The position numbers were made by a program, and so were the translations under genes. From a virus (Duplodnaviria > Caudoviricetes), in the IMG/VR virus record IMGVR_UViG_3300046330_000118, positions 1 through 52,129 of that record: a DNA stretch of 52,129 nucleotides; one strand, given 5' to 3'. The notes below the pieces were generated by a model that was not told the DNA's origin, made no database searches, and was given only the letters and a program-made list of their open reading frames with translations. Shown here piece by piece: positions 44,462-52,129 of the stretch; position 1 is the stretch's first letter; each line of letters opens with the position of its first letter.

Positions 44462-44611
44462 ATGAGCGAACAGACTAAAGTAGATTTGGAAGATGTCTTG
44501 AGGCACTTCCGCGAGATTAACGCAACCCAGGCGCAAGAGATTGCAATCCTGAAAGCAACAATCGATGCAATCAATGCTAAGAACGAGGAAGTAAATGGCA
44601 GTAACCTCTAA
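44462..44611 (+). CDS. Small coiled-coil protein (49 aa, not in ORF track)
   Basis: MSEQTKVDLEDVLRHFREINATQAQEIAILKATIDA; RBS GGAG. Confidence 0.7.
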   Translation: MSEQTKVDLEDVLRHFREINATQAQEIAILKATIDAINAKNEEVNGSNL

Positions 44612-44963
44612 GGGTATTACGTACCCGACATCAAGCGATAACATCGCACCACTTGAGACGCACTTTGCTAACCTAGCGAACACTGCAGATAATGTTGGCG
44701 TTATCGCCGGTCGCACCCAGTTTACTGGCCCAGATGCTACTGGCTCAACAATGGACGTAGAGGTTACCTTTGCAACTCCAGTACCGCTAAATAGCAAGGT
44801 AACTGCAAACGTTGAGACTACTGCTAACGGCAGCTGCTATGCGGTGACCTTGCTCGAGAGTCCAACCGTAAACAAGTTTAAGGTTCGAGTATACCGACTA
44901 AACGGTAGCACCCCAGAAGCTCTAAAGCTTGCGTGGATCGTAAGCTCGTACATCCAACCGTAA
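44595..44963 (+). CDS. Minor tail protein
   Basis: TSKGITYPTSSD..APLE; C-terminal VTF..P...KVTA...WI lectin-like beta pattern. Confidence 0.7.
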   Translation: MAVTSKGITYPTSSDNIAPLETHFANLANTADNVGVIAGRTQFTGPDATGSTMDVEVTFATPVPLNSKVTANVETTANGSCYAVTLLESPTVNKFKVRVYRLNGSTPEALKLAWIVSSYIQP

Positions 44964-44972
44964 GGAAAATAA

Positions 44973-45572
44973 ATGGCTAAGGCACAATTTCCAATTGATG
45001 GAAAACTAGGCAAAGACTTTAAGATCACTTCGCTCATGGGTTGGCGTATCCACCCTGTGCAGAAGACTAAGAAGCACCACAACGGAACCGACATCTGGTC
45101 GCAACACGAGCCATGCTGGATTGAAGCGCCTTACGACGGCAAGGTCATCGAGGCCCGCAAGTCTACTGCCGCAGGTGGAGGCTTCGGCAACTTTGTAATC
45201 ATCCTCCACAAGATTGATGGCAAGTTCTACACCACCCTTTACGCACACATGCAGGATGGCACCCTGAAGGTTAAGAAGGGCCAGAAGGTAACTGCTGGCA
45301 TGCCTCTTGGCAAGATGGGAACTACGGGCATGTCGACCGGCAAGCACCTTCACTGGGAGCTCCGCCTGGGCAAGGTTCATACCTGGGATGCTGCTGGCAA
45401 GAGCTACATTGAGCCGATTGCATTCTTTAAGGCTTTGATTGCCAAGGAGAAGGCTATTGCCTCAGCTCCGGTCTCCACTCCAGAAGAGGCAACCATTGCG
45501 CCAGCCCCAGAACATGGCGAAGCTCAAGCCGCGATTGTAGAAGCTGAAAGGCTCGCTGCAAAAGCTCAGTAA
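44973..45572 (+). CDS. M23 peptidase endolysin
   Basis: HNGTD (HxxxD), GFGNFV, YAHM, STGKHLHWE (HxH). Confidence 0.9.
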   Translation: MAKAQFPIDGKLGKDFKITSLMGWRIHPVQKTKKHHNGTDIWSQHEPCWIEAPYDGKVIEARKSTAAGGGFGNFVIILHKIDGKFYTTLYAHMQDGTLKVKKGQKVTAGMPLGKMGTTGMSTGKHLHWELRLGKVHTWDAAGKSYIEPIAFFKALIAKEKAIASAPVSTPEEATIAPAPEHGEAQAAIVEAERLAAKAQ

Positions 45573-45587
45573 CACATAACTTAAAAC

Positions 45588-45620
45588 AAATGGGCCCTAG
45601 TTAATTCTGGGGCCCATTTT
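45588..45620 (+). terminator. Rho-independent terminator
   Basis: AAATGGGCCCTAG/CTGGGGCCCATTTT. Confidence 0.75.
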
Positions 45621-45636
45621 CTATATCTAGGGATGT

Positions 45637-47145
45637 ATGAAAAATATTAGATTGATAGCGGCGCTTTTACTTGCATTTGGATCACTTGCATTTTCACAAT
45701 CAGCTGCAGCCAGCGACTGGCAGACATCTAATGGGCGAGTAGTTGACGGCACTGTGCAGTTTGACTACCGAGGCGGTCAGGCCACTCAACTTCTAACTGT
45801 ACCCGAAAACTCAACGCTGACAATATCGGTTAACAACATGACCGCAAACTGTATCGGCACCTGCACCCCACGCCCGGACACCTGGTCTTTGACCATTAAT
45901 GGTGAGCGCTGGGACGGCAATACTATTGACATTGTTACCATCCAGACCCAGGTTTCAGGCGAGGTTCTGATTCAAGTCACAGGTCGAGACGAGGGCTTCT
46001 GGGGCGGCTGGTATGGGCCGATCTTTTCAGCGCCAATTATTACCAGCCCAGAGCCAGAGCCTGTAGAGACCGGCACTTGGGAGGGTCAAGTATTTACCGC
46101 AACCGCCCCAGAAGGCGAAGTGTTTACTGCTGTAACCGGCTGGTATGGCGCACCGAACGACCCTACTTGTGGTGCTGACGTGAGCACAATTCTGCAAGGA
46201 CTTCTAGGCTCAAACACTTTTAGTGTCGGTGCAGATAACGGCGTGTTTGGTGACCCTTGTGGCGGTGTTGTTAAGGTTTTGCGCGTGAACCTGACCAGTA
46301 CAGCAGGGCCATTGCAAATCGAGCTGCAACCAACACCGACACCATCACCAGTGGAAACCCCAGCGACATCTTCAGATACAGGCCCAGACCTCCCAGTGCC
46401 AGTAGAATCCCCAGAGAGTCAGCCGCAGCCTTCTCCCACTCCGTCAGTGGACGTGGTTGACCCTGTTGTGACTCCACCTGTAATTGAACCTCAGCCTCAG
46501 CCACAGCCTATTCCCTTCCCTGTCGAGCCGACTCCTGAGCCAGAACCTGAACTGCCTTTGCCAGAAGAAACGCAAGCCCCAGAACCCCCAGTGGAGCAAA
46601 CACCAGAGCCAGCATCGCCGGAGATTGCAGAATCGTTGCCAGAATCAGAATCGACGCAAGAACCGTTGCCACCGCTAGAAGAAACTCCTTTGACAGAACT
46701 ACCAATTAAACCTCCTGTTGAAACCGTAGAAGAACATTCTATCACTTTAATTGAAAACATTTCGGAGATTGAACCGTCAGAGCTTTCAAATGCGCAGGTT
46801 GCTTTGTTGGAAGCTGCCACCTTGGCGGTCTTCGAGACTGCACAGCAAGGATCGCAAGAGTACGCCCAGGCACTTGAGGCTTTGGTCGTTCTTGCCCAGG
46901 CAGACGATGCCAAGTTGCCGGCTGAGCTGGCCGCTATTCCCTTGCTGGGAGAGGCTGCAGGGGCTGCTCTAGAGGCTTTTAACGCCATCGGTAACATCGG
47001 AGCAGACATGTCTCCACAGGTCCGCGAGCAGGCAGAGGACGCTGTTGTGGCCTCTGTCGTCGTCGGCCAAGTTGCTGCATCCGCAGCAGCCGCTGCAGTT
47101 TCTGCATCAGCATCAACCTCAACATCAACAAGAAAGATCAAGTAA
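45637..47145 (+). CDS. Exported protein with SUEL-type lectin-like domain and Pro/Glu-rich stalk
   Basis: Signal peptide MKNIRLIAALLLAFGSLAFSQSAAA; WYG...C...ADNGVFGDPC.GVVKVL; PE-rich linker; C-terminal IGADMSPQVRE...VVASVVVGQVA. Confidence 0.75.
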   Translation: MKNIRLIAALLLAFGSLAFSQSAAASDWQTSNGRVVDGTVQFDYRGGQATQLLTVPENSTLTISVNNMTANCIGTCTPRPDTWSLTINGERWDGNTIDIVTIQTQVSGEVLIQVTGRDEGFWGGWYGPIFSAPIITSPEPEPVETGTWEGQVFTATAPEGEVFTAVTGWYGAPNDPTCGADVSTILQGLLGSNTFSVGADNGVFGDPCGGVVKVLRVNLTSTAGPLQIELQPTPTPSPVETPATSSDTGPDLPVPVESPESQPQPSPTPSVDVVDPVVTPPVIEPQPQPQPIPFPVEPTPEPEPELPLPEETQAPEPPVEQTPEPASPEIAESLPESESTQEPLPPLEETPLTELPIKPPVETVEEHSITLIENISEIEPSELSNAQVALLEAATLAVFETAQQGSQEYAQALEALVVLAQADDAKLPAELAAIPLLGEAAGAALEAFNAIGNIGADMSPQVREQAEDAVVASVVVGQVAASAAAAAVSASASTSTSTRKIK

Positions 47146-47333
47146 TGAAGAAACTACTCAACCTAATTGGAATTGTTTTCACTCAAATCCTAGACCAGCT
47201 ATGGACTCTAGTCGCTCTAGTAATCGGCTGGCTTGTGCTGGAAGGCTCTGCAAAGACAACCACTGCAAACCTGGTGATTGCTGCAACAATTATCTGGATT
47301 ATTACATACCGAGTTCGCAACCCCAAAGAATAA
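47145..47333 (+). CDS. Small 2-TM membrane protein
   Basis: DQLWTLVALVIGWLVLEGSAK; coupled start. Confidence 0.75.
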   Translation: MKKLLNLIGIVFTQILDQLWTLVALVIGWLVLEGSAKTTTANLVIAATIIWIITYRVRNPKE

Positions 47334-47379
47334 TATAAGGTATAATTGAAGTTGTATAATGGGCGAGAAATGGAAAATT

Positions 47380-47634
47380 ATGCTTTTTGATATTATTCGC
47401 CGCACAATCGCGGTGATTATCCTGAACGTAACAAGCGCATTCGTCGGCGGTTCTTTCGTCGGCCTAGAGGTTTGGCAGTCTGCAATCATGGCTGGCGTTG
47501 CCGGCATCATGGGTGTCGCACAGGAGCTATCTCGCTCATACCTGGCCGATGGCGCACTAGACATCGAAGAGATCAACCGAGCGTTCGGCAAGGCAGCAGC
47601 TAAGCACGAGCCTAAGGATGGCGAACAAGCCTAA
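47380..47634 (+). CDS. Putative holin-like membrane protein
   Basis: Two TM segments, then SRSYLADGALDIEEIN.AF; start may be 47359. Confidence 0.65.
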   Translation: MLFDIIRRTIAVIILNVTSAFVGGSFVGLEVWQSAIMAGVAGIMGVAQELSRSYLADGALDIEEINRAFGKAAAKHEPKDGEQA

Positions 47635-47876
47635 TGTCGGAATCACCTGAACTTTATGTAACCCTTGGCAGGATTGAGGAGAGCGTTCGCAATATGCGTG
47701 AATCGCAAGACCGTATGGAAAAGAAATTTGACGCTCAAGATCTTCGTATTAACGAAATCGAGCTCGATGTCAAGGAGCTAAAGACTCAGCGTGACGACAA
47801 GAGTAACAAGGTCGCAGTAATCATTGCGCTATTTGCAGTGATTGTATCTGCAGTAGGAGTCCTTCTGGGGCTATAG
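47634..47876 (+). CDS. Coiled-coil protein with C-terminal TM (lysis-cassette associated)
   Basis: LGRIEE.V...RI.EIE plus hydrophobic C-terminus. Confidence 0.7.
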   Translation: MSESPELYVTLGRIEESVRNMRESQDRMEKKFDAQDLRINEIELDVKELKTQRDDKSNKVAVIIALFAVIVSAVGVLLGL

Positions 47877-47892
47877 GAAATACCCGACAAGA

Positions 47893-47932
47893 CAAAACCC
47901 CCGGTCAAGAGGTGAGCCGGGGGTTTTGCTTT
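47893..47932. terminator. Bidirectional terminator between the convergent arms
   Basis: CAAAACCCCCGG/CCGGGGGTTTTG, with T tracts on both strands. Confidence 0.85.
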
Positions 47933-47934
47933 AT

Positions 47935-48642
47935 CTATGGTGCTACTCTGCCGTTTTCAACAAAGTACCCATGCGTTATTGGCATTACTTCTGCAAAGAT
48001 TGCTTCCATTTCGTCGGCAACCATTGCGATTTCTTCCTGGGGGAACGATGGGTACGTGCCCTGGTTCAAAGAACGCAGGCTCAGGAAGTTCATCAGACTC
48101 CTGGCATTCATCGTGACATACATGCTTGAGTAGATGTTTACTGGTAGAACCATTCTAGCAACTTCTCTGGCAATGCCAGCCTTCAGCATTCTCTTATACG
48201 ACAGGTAAGCGTCGTCATTGGTTCGCATAATCTGTGCCTGCACCATCATCACCTGAGCATAGTCACCCTGCTCGAAAGTGTAAGCACCAGGCTTACCGAC
48301 CTGCACTAGCGGACGCTCGGTGTGCGGAACATAAAACACAGGCTTAAGCTCCTTGTAGCGACCCGACTCCTCGTTGTAAGACGCTATGCGGTGGCGCATG
48401 AACTCTCGGAACACAAAGATCGGTGCCTCAATGTAGAAGGTAAACGAGTTGTGCTCAAACGGTGAGCCGTGACGGTCGCGCATTAGGTAGTTGATTAGAC
48501 CGGAATCTTTATCTGGGTCAGCTACTGCGTCGTGGCTTCCGCTGATGGTTGACACTCGGGCCGCCATTGCCACTGAAGCGTCAGATGCCATTGAGTCAAC
48601 TAATTCGACAGTCATGTCTGTTCTGAATTTGATACCTGTCAC
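47935..48642 (-). CDS. thyX: Flavin-dependent thymidylate synthase
   Basis: HGSPFEH, RHRIASYNEESGRY, REVARMVLP, NARSLMNFLSLR. Confidence 0.97.
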   Translation of the reverse strand: MTGIKFRTDMTVELVDSMASDASVAMAARVSTISGSHDAVADPDKDSGLINYLMRDRHGSPFEHNSFTFYIEAPIFVFREFMRHRIASYNEESGRYKELKPVFYVPHTERPLVQVGKPGAYTFEQGDYAQVMMVQAQIMRTNDDAYLSYKRMLKAGIAREVARMVLPVNIYSSMYVTMNARSLMNFLSLRSLNQGTYPSFPQEEIAMVADEMEAIFAEVMPITHGYFVENGRVAP

Positions 48643-48872
48643 TGTTGCTCCTCCAAGCGTTTTATTTCGTCTTCAATGTACCAGATTGCTTTACGCAAAT
48701 CTTGAATCTTTGCATCTTCTTTTAACCCGGCTCGCCACAGGTATTTGATGGCGTTGCCGATGTTGAAGTTGCGGTGCCTAGTAATCTGAATGCACTCAAC
48801 ACCGCTAGGGTCGCTTGTGTAGTGCTTTGGGTGATTTACTGCGTCATGCGCCTGTTGAGCCAAACCCGGCAT
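48639..48872 (-). CDS. DUF3310 protein (T7 gp1.7-like nucleotide kinase family)
   Basis: DAVNHPKHY..ECI...FNIGNAIKYLWRAG.K...QDLRKA.WY. Confidence 0.85.
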   Translation of the reverse strand: MPGLAQQAHDAVNHPKHYTSDPSGVECIQITRHRNFNIGNAIKYLWRAGLKEDAKIQDLRKAIWYIEDEIKRLEEQQ

Positions 48873-49257
48873 CTCCTCGCTGTGTTTCTGACAACTCTTC
48901 TACTTGCACAAACTGTGCAGTCACAAACTCCTGAATAACCAGCTGGGCGATTCGCATGTCCTTATTGATGATTACCGGTCGAGCACCTGTGTTGTGCAGG
49001 AGAACCTTAATCTCACCCCGAAAGCCCGAGTCAATGGTACCTGGCGCGTTAAGCACAGTGATTCCGTGGTTGGCTGCAAGCCCAGAGCGTGGATGGATCA
49101 ACCCAACGTAACCCTCCGGAATTTCTATAAACGTTCCGCTCGCTACGGCGCTTGTCTGGCCTGGGTTCAGTACAATGAACTGTTCTGAAATCAGGTCCGC
49201 ACCTGCGTCACCAGGCCTTGCGTAGGTGGGCATATTGCCCTTTACCTTTACTTCCAT
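48844..49257 (-). CDS. dut: Trimeric dUTPase
   Basis: AGADL, PRSGLA, GTIDSGFRGEI, RIAQLV, RGDAGFGSTG. Confidence 0.97.
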   Translation of the reverse strand: MEVKVKGNMPTYARPGDAGADLISEQFIVLNPGQTSAVASGTFIEIPEGYVGLIHPRSGLAANHGITVLNAPGTIDSGFRGEIKVLLHNTGARPVIINKDMRIAQLVIQEFVTAQFVQVEELSETQRGDAGFGSTGA

Positions 49258-49265
49258 GTTTCCTC

Positions 49266-49448
49266 CTATTGCTTTTTGTCGGTAGTGTAGAAACCGCTAC
49301 CGTTAAACCCGACTCCGCTAATTCTATAATCTCTTATGAGTAGAGACGGGCACTTGTCGCAGTGTGTTTTTTTCTGTAATTCAGTCATGCTGCGAATCTC
49401 ACTGTAGATGATATCGCAAGATGGGCACTTATATTCGTAAGTTGGCAT
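49266..49448 (-). CDS. FmdB-family zinc-ribbon protein
   Basis: MPTYEYKC..C...C.KC...FNGSGFYTTD. Confidence 0.9.
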   Translation of the reverse strand: MPTYEYKCPSCDIIYSEIRSMTELQKKTHCDKCPSLLIRDYRISGVGFNGSGFYTTDKKQ

Positions 49449-49636
49449 TACTTCTCCTTTGGAAACCTTAGCTCAAACATCTCATCTAAGCCTTTGCAGA
49501 GCTCGCAACCAGGATATCCGCATGGTCGGTCGCAGTGTTGGCAGTAAAAGTTCTCTTCTGTAATCTTGTTGACAGGCAGTTCGCAACCGCAAACGATTGT
49601 GACCTCTAGCTCTATGCCGTCTTCTTCAATGACCAT
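49448..49636 (-). CDS. Cys-rich hypothetical protein
   Basis: CGC...FYCQHCDRPC...CELC; start uncertain. Confidence 0.6.
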   Translation of the reverse strand: MVIEEDGIELEVTIVCGCELPVNKITEENFYCQHCDRPCGYPGCELCKGLDEMFELRFPKEK

Positions 49637-49724
49637 AGTGTACAGGTCTTTTTCTTCGATTCTAAAAACTCGCTCCAAAGGCCTGGCTTGTGTTTTCACA
49701 CAGACCAGGCCCTCGGTCCAGTTC

Positions 49725-50459
49725 TTAGATCGGTCTTGTGGTTGACCCCGAAAGAACACCCTTGCCCCTCATCCACTTGCCACAGCCGTTGCACTGGAAG
49801 CGCTGATACTGTGATGTTGTTGTTCTTGCAATTCCACGCTTCTGAAGGTTCTCAGAGCCGCAGTTTGGACATCCACTGCCATCTCCGTCATGCAGAGATA
49901 CGTGTGGGTGGTTCTTAATCCAAGGCTTTAGGATTTCATAAAGGTCAATCAGCAGGTTAACATCCTGAATCTGATACTCCTTCATTTCCTTCCAGGCCTT
50001 CTTGTCGCCAGCCATGCAGGCAATCCACAGGTCGAAGCCTGAGTGCTTTACCTTAGAACCTACGCCTAGTTTCTGCGATACGTAGTCCAACTTGTTCGAG
50101 GGGAACTTAAATTGCGACCGCACCACTCGCATAAGGTCAAGCTCTTTGTATGGTGATGGAGGTAGGTATCCGTTTTCCACAAATTCTCGCTTGATATGCT
50201 TACTGTCAAAGGCTTGTGAGTTCCAGCCAACAAGCACATCAGCCTCTTCCATAAGAGCGTGGAGTTCATCTAGCATCTCCTTCTTGCCGTGGTGGTGAAC
50301 TGACTTGAAGATAACCTTCTTCTCGCCATGCCAGCGAGCGCCGAAGCAGATAACTTCAGTCGATGCGACTAGCTGATTGATGCCAACGTTCTGGTCCCAT
50401 AGCCCCCACACGTAGGCGAGGTTAGGCCTTGTTTCAAGGTCTAGAAATAGAATTTTCAT
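49725..50459 (-). CDS. DnaQ/RNase H-like 3'-5' exonuclease with C-terminal zinc ribbon
   Basis: LDLET, GWNSQAFD, SNKLDYV, YQIQDV (DEDDy), CPNCGS...CNGCG. Confidence 0.9.
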   Translation of the reverse strand: MKILFLDLETRPNLAYVWGLWDQNVGINQLVASTEVICFGARWHGEKKVIFKSVHHHGKKEMLDELHALMEEADVLVGWNSQAFDSKHIKREFVENGYLPPSPYKELDLMRVVRSQFKFPSNKLDYVSQKLGVGSKVKHSGFDLWIACMAGDKKAWKEMKEYQIQDVNLLIDLYEILKPWIKNHPHVSLHDGDGSGCPNCGSENLQKRGIARTTTSQYQRFQCNGCGKWMRGKGVLSGSTTRPI

Positions 50460-50474
50460 GCGCCCGTTTCCCCG

Positions 50475-50987
50475 TTACTTGTCTAAGTTTATTCCGTTGA
50501 CCCAGGACTTTCCTGCGTCACCACCCCATGCATCCCAAGCCACGCGGCCTGGTGACGGGAAGCCTTCTTCTCCTGCGCTAAAGCCCTTAGCGGACTTATC
50601 CACAGCGTGTCGAGCAAAGTAAGACTTCATTCTTGCAACGGTGGCGCGAGTGATAGTCTTGCCGGAGGCCAGCTGAGATGCCCTGGTTCTTCCGACGCTA
50701 GTAAATCCACTTCCAGCCTTGCCTTCAGAGATCCACTTAAGAGCTCGTCTTGCTGCTGCCTGTGCGCCGCTTGGCGGCTTGTAACCGTCAACCTTCGCGG
50801 CTTCTTGGTTTACGTTGTCACGAGGGTGACTTCCGCCCGGGGCGATGTCTTCGCCTAGCGAGATTGCAACCATTTGACGAATCGCTGAAGCCTTTGTCTT
50901 GTGGCAACCCTTAATCTCATAGTCCGAGTTTACGGTGGCCCATCCAGACTTGCAGTCTGGGTGTTTCTGTGTAATGTAGTATGGCAT
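50475..50987 (-). CDS. Conserved phage protein of unknown function (AW..WGGDAG domain)
   Basis: MPYYI..GCHKTK..AI.Q; T.VG..RA.QLA...RM.SYFARH.VDK...AWDAWGGDAG. Confidence 0.75.
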   Translation of the reverse strand: MPYYITQKHPDCKSGWATVNSDYEIKGCHKTKASAIRQMVAISLGEDIAPGGSHPRDNVNQEAAKVDGYKPPSGAQAAARRALKWISEGKAGSGFTSVGRTRASQLASGKTITRATVARMKSYFARHAVDKSAKGFSAGEEGFPSPGRVAWDAWGGDAGKSWVNGINLDK

Positions 50988-51437
50988 TTAGTCCTCCAAA
51001 GGCCAAGCTCTACGAAGTGTAGGCATGTGGCGATTGTTCCTTAAGTAAATTATACCGTGTCTCAGCGCATCGTTTGCGTGGCCACGCCCTGGGATGTAAA
51101 TACCCAGTCGCTTTAGAACATCGTCGTCACACAGTGGCTTTGATGTTGGTGGTTGGTAAACCGGCTTTTGGCCCCACGCATCTTCGTAGGCTTCAAGCGC
51201 TCCGATGATGTAGACCGGTGACAGGTCTGGGAACTTCACTCCTGTGCGGAGGGTGAATGACTCGCAGACCACGAAGTCCCAGGCTCCGTATGCATGTTCG
51301 CTATACCATTTGATAAACCCTTGCAGACCGTCCGGGACTTGCCCGGCCGATCTCACAACGGCTTCCGAGTCTTCTGTAAACTCGAATAGCGCATAACCAG
51401 TTGTGCCACCTGGGTCTAGGCACATCATCTTAGTCAA
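50988..51437 (-). CDS. RuvC-like Holliday junction resolvase
   Basis: LDPGGTTGYA, VVCESF, HANDALRH; TTG start. Confidence 0.8.
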   Translation of the reverse strand: MTKMMCLDPGGTTGYALFEFTEDSEAVVRSAGQVPDGLQGFIKWYSEHAYGAWDFVVCESFTLRTGVKFPDLSPVYIIGALEAYEDAWGQKPVYQPPTSKPLCDDDVLKRLGIYIPGRGHANDALRHGIIYLRNNRHMPTLRRAWPLED

Positions 51438-51669
51438 GGTTGAAACTTCCCTTGCGCCAGATTGATGGGGAGTGATTCTCCTCAATCTGCTTCTTCATGT
51501 CGCCGTTATCGTACATGCGAATCACTGTGATGCAAGGGTCGCCGTCTTCGAACTCTTCGTCTTCGTCGGCGGATGTCGGTAGCCCATCATGGGTGTAGCA
51601 TACTGGCGGACCGCACCAGCCGTTCTTAAGTCCGTATTCAATCCACTCTTCAGCTGTTAGCTTTTTCAC
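51430..51669 (-). CDS. Hypothetical protein
   Basis: EWIEYG..NGWCGPPVCYTHDGLP...DPC; GTG start after GGAGG. Confidence 0.75.
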   Translation of the reverse strand: MKKLTAEEWIEYGLKNGWCGPPVCYTHDGLPTSADEDEEFEDGDPCITVIRMYDNGDMKKQIEENHSPSIWRKGSFNLD

Positions 51670-51769
51670 GCCCAGCATCCTCCTGTTTAATAAATTGATA
51701 ACACTGTAAAGCCAGTGGGTCTCGGCTTCCATTCTCGAACCTAGAGGCATGAAACTCTACTGCTTTCAT
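51650..51769 (-). CDS. Possible small hypothetical protein
   Basis: MKAVEFHASRFENG...; fills the operon gap; start uncertain. Confidence 0.4.
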   Translation of the reverse strand: MKAVEFHASRFENGSRDPLALQCYQFIKQEDAGREKANS

Positions 51770-51812
51770 GTTTTCTTTCACTAGGTCGAACTTTGCTTTT
51801 CTACTAAATAAA

Positions 51813-52129
51813 TCAGCTATTTTTAGAACCCGCTTCCCTGCTTATTCTTGACTGGCTTAGACCGGTCAATCTTGATATCATGCCCTGGCTTGTGCCTGAG
51901 TCCATTGCTCGTCGAACTGCCTCAAAGTCTACAGGCCCGCCATTGCTTACACTGAATAGCACAGTGGCTATGTCCTCTAGGCTTTGTGGCGAGAACCGCC
52001 CGCCCTTTTTGTTGGCTTTCGGGATGTTAGCGCTAACAGCCACATGGCTAAGAACACCACCCGATATTTTCGATATCTGGCGATTTGAAAATAAATCATA
52101 GTTTGCGAGATCTTTGGCTTTCTCAATTA
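51813..52129 (-). CDS. 3' part of the junction-spanning HTH protein (starts at 208)
   Basis: In frame across the terminal overlap. Confidence 0.75.
   Translation of the reverse strand, partial: IEKAKDLANYDLFSNRQISKISGGVLSHVAVSANIPKANKKGGRFSPQSLEDIATVLFSVSNGGPVDFEAVRRAMDSGTSQGMISRLTGLSQSRISREAGSKNS
52007..52129. repeat. Terminal direct repeat / circularisation overlap (copy 2)
   Basis: Matches 1-123. Confidence 0.95.

Noticed and set aside
1-52129. Lysogeny module or alternative genetic code
   Set aside because: No integrase or ParA motifs recognised; genes are full length in the standard code and all three stops are used

Overview
This window looks like a complete, circularly assembled tailed-phage genome. 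A 123-bp terminal overlap (1-123 = 52007-52129, one synonymous mismatch) gives a unit length of about 52,006 bp. The gene set is siphovirus-like. The host is probably an Actinobacterium: the genome carries a WhiB gene, an NrdH-like redoxin and a DUF2637 protein, and uses AGAAAGGAG-type ribosome-binding sites; a freshwater Microbacteriaceae-like host is only an inference. The leftward replication/early arm (47.9 kb across the junction to 13.2 kb) encodes ThyX, dUTPase, an exonuclease, a RuvC-like resolvase, a primase-helicase, tRNA-Asn, an SSB-like protein, an AAA ATPase, a PD-(D/E)XK nuclease, WhiB, an SF2 helicase, many small ORFs and a class-II glutamine amidotransferase. A short rightward island (13.6-16.9 kb) holds an amidoligase and a second SSB-like gene. 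The rightward virion and lysis arm runs from 17.1 to 47.9 kb. I found no integrase, family A/B DNA polymerase or CRISPR array. Four observations stand out. (1) Two candidate small RNAs display anti-Shine-Dalgarno loops: a promoter-hairpin-terminator unit after the capsid gene, and a tRNA-like RNA next to tRNA-Asn. Several late genes also look leaderless, which suggests an RNA-based translational switch. (2) The tape-measure protein contains an apparently intact DEDDh exonuclease domain. (3) A structured ncRNA cluster sits at 2.4-2.8 kb. (4) The tail tube protein is internally duplicated. All family calls come from motif recognition by eye; no searches were run.
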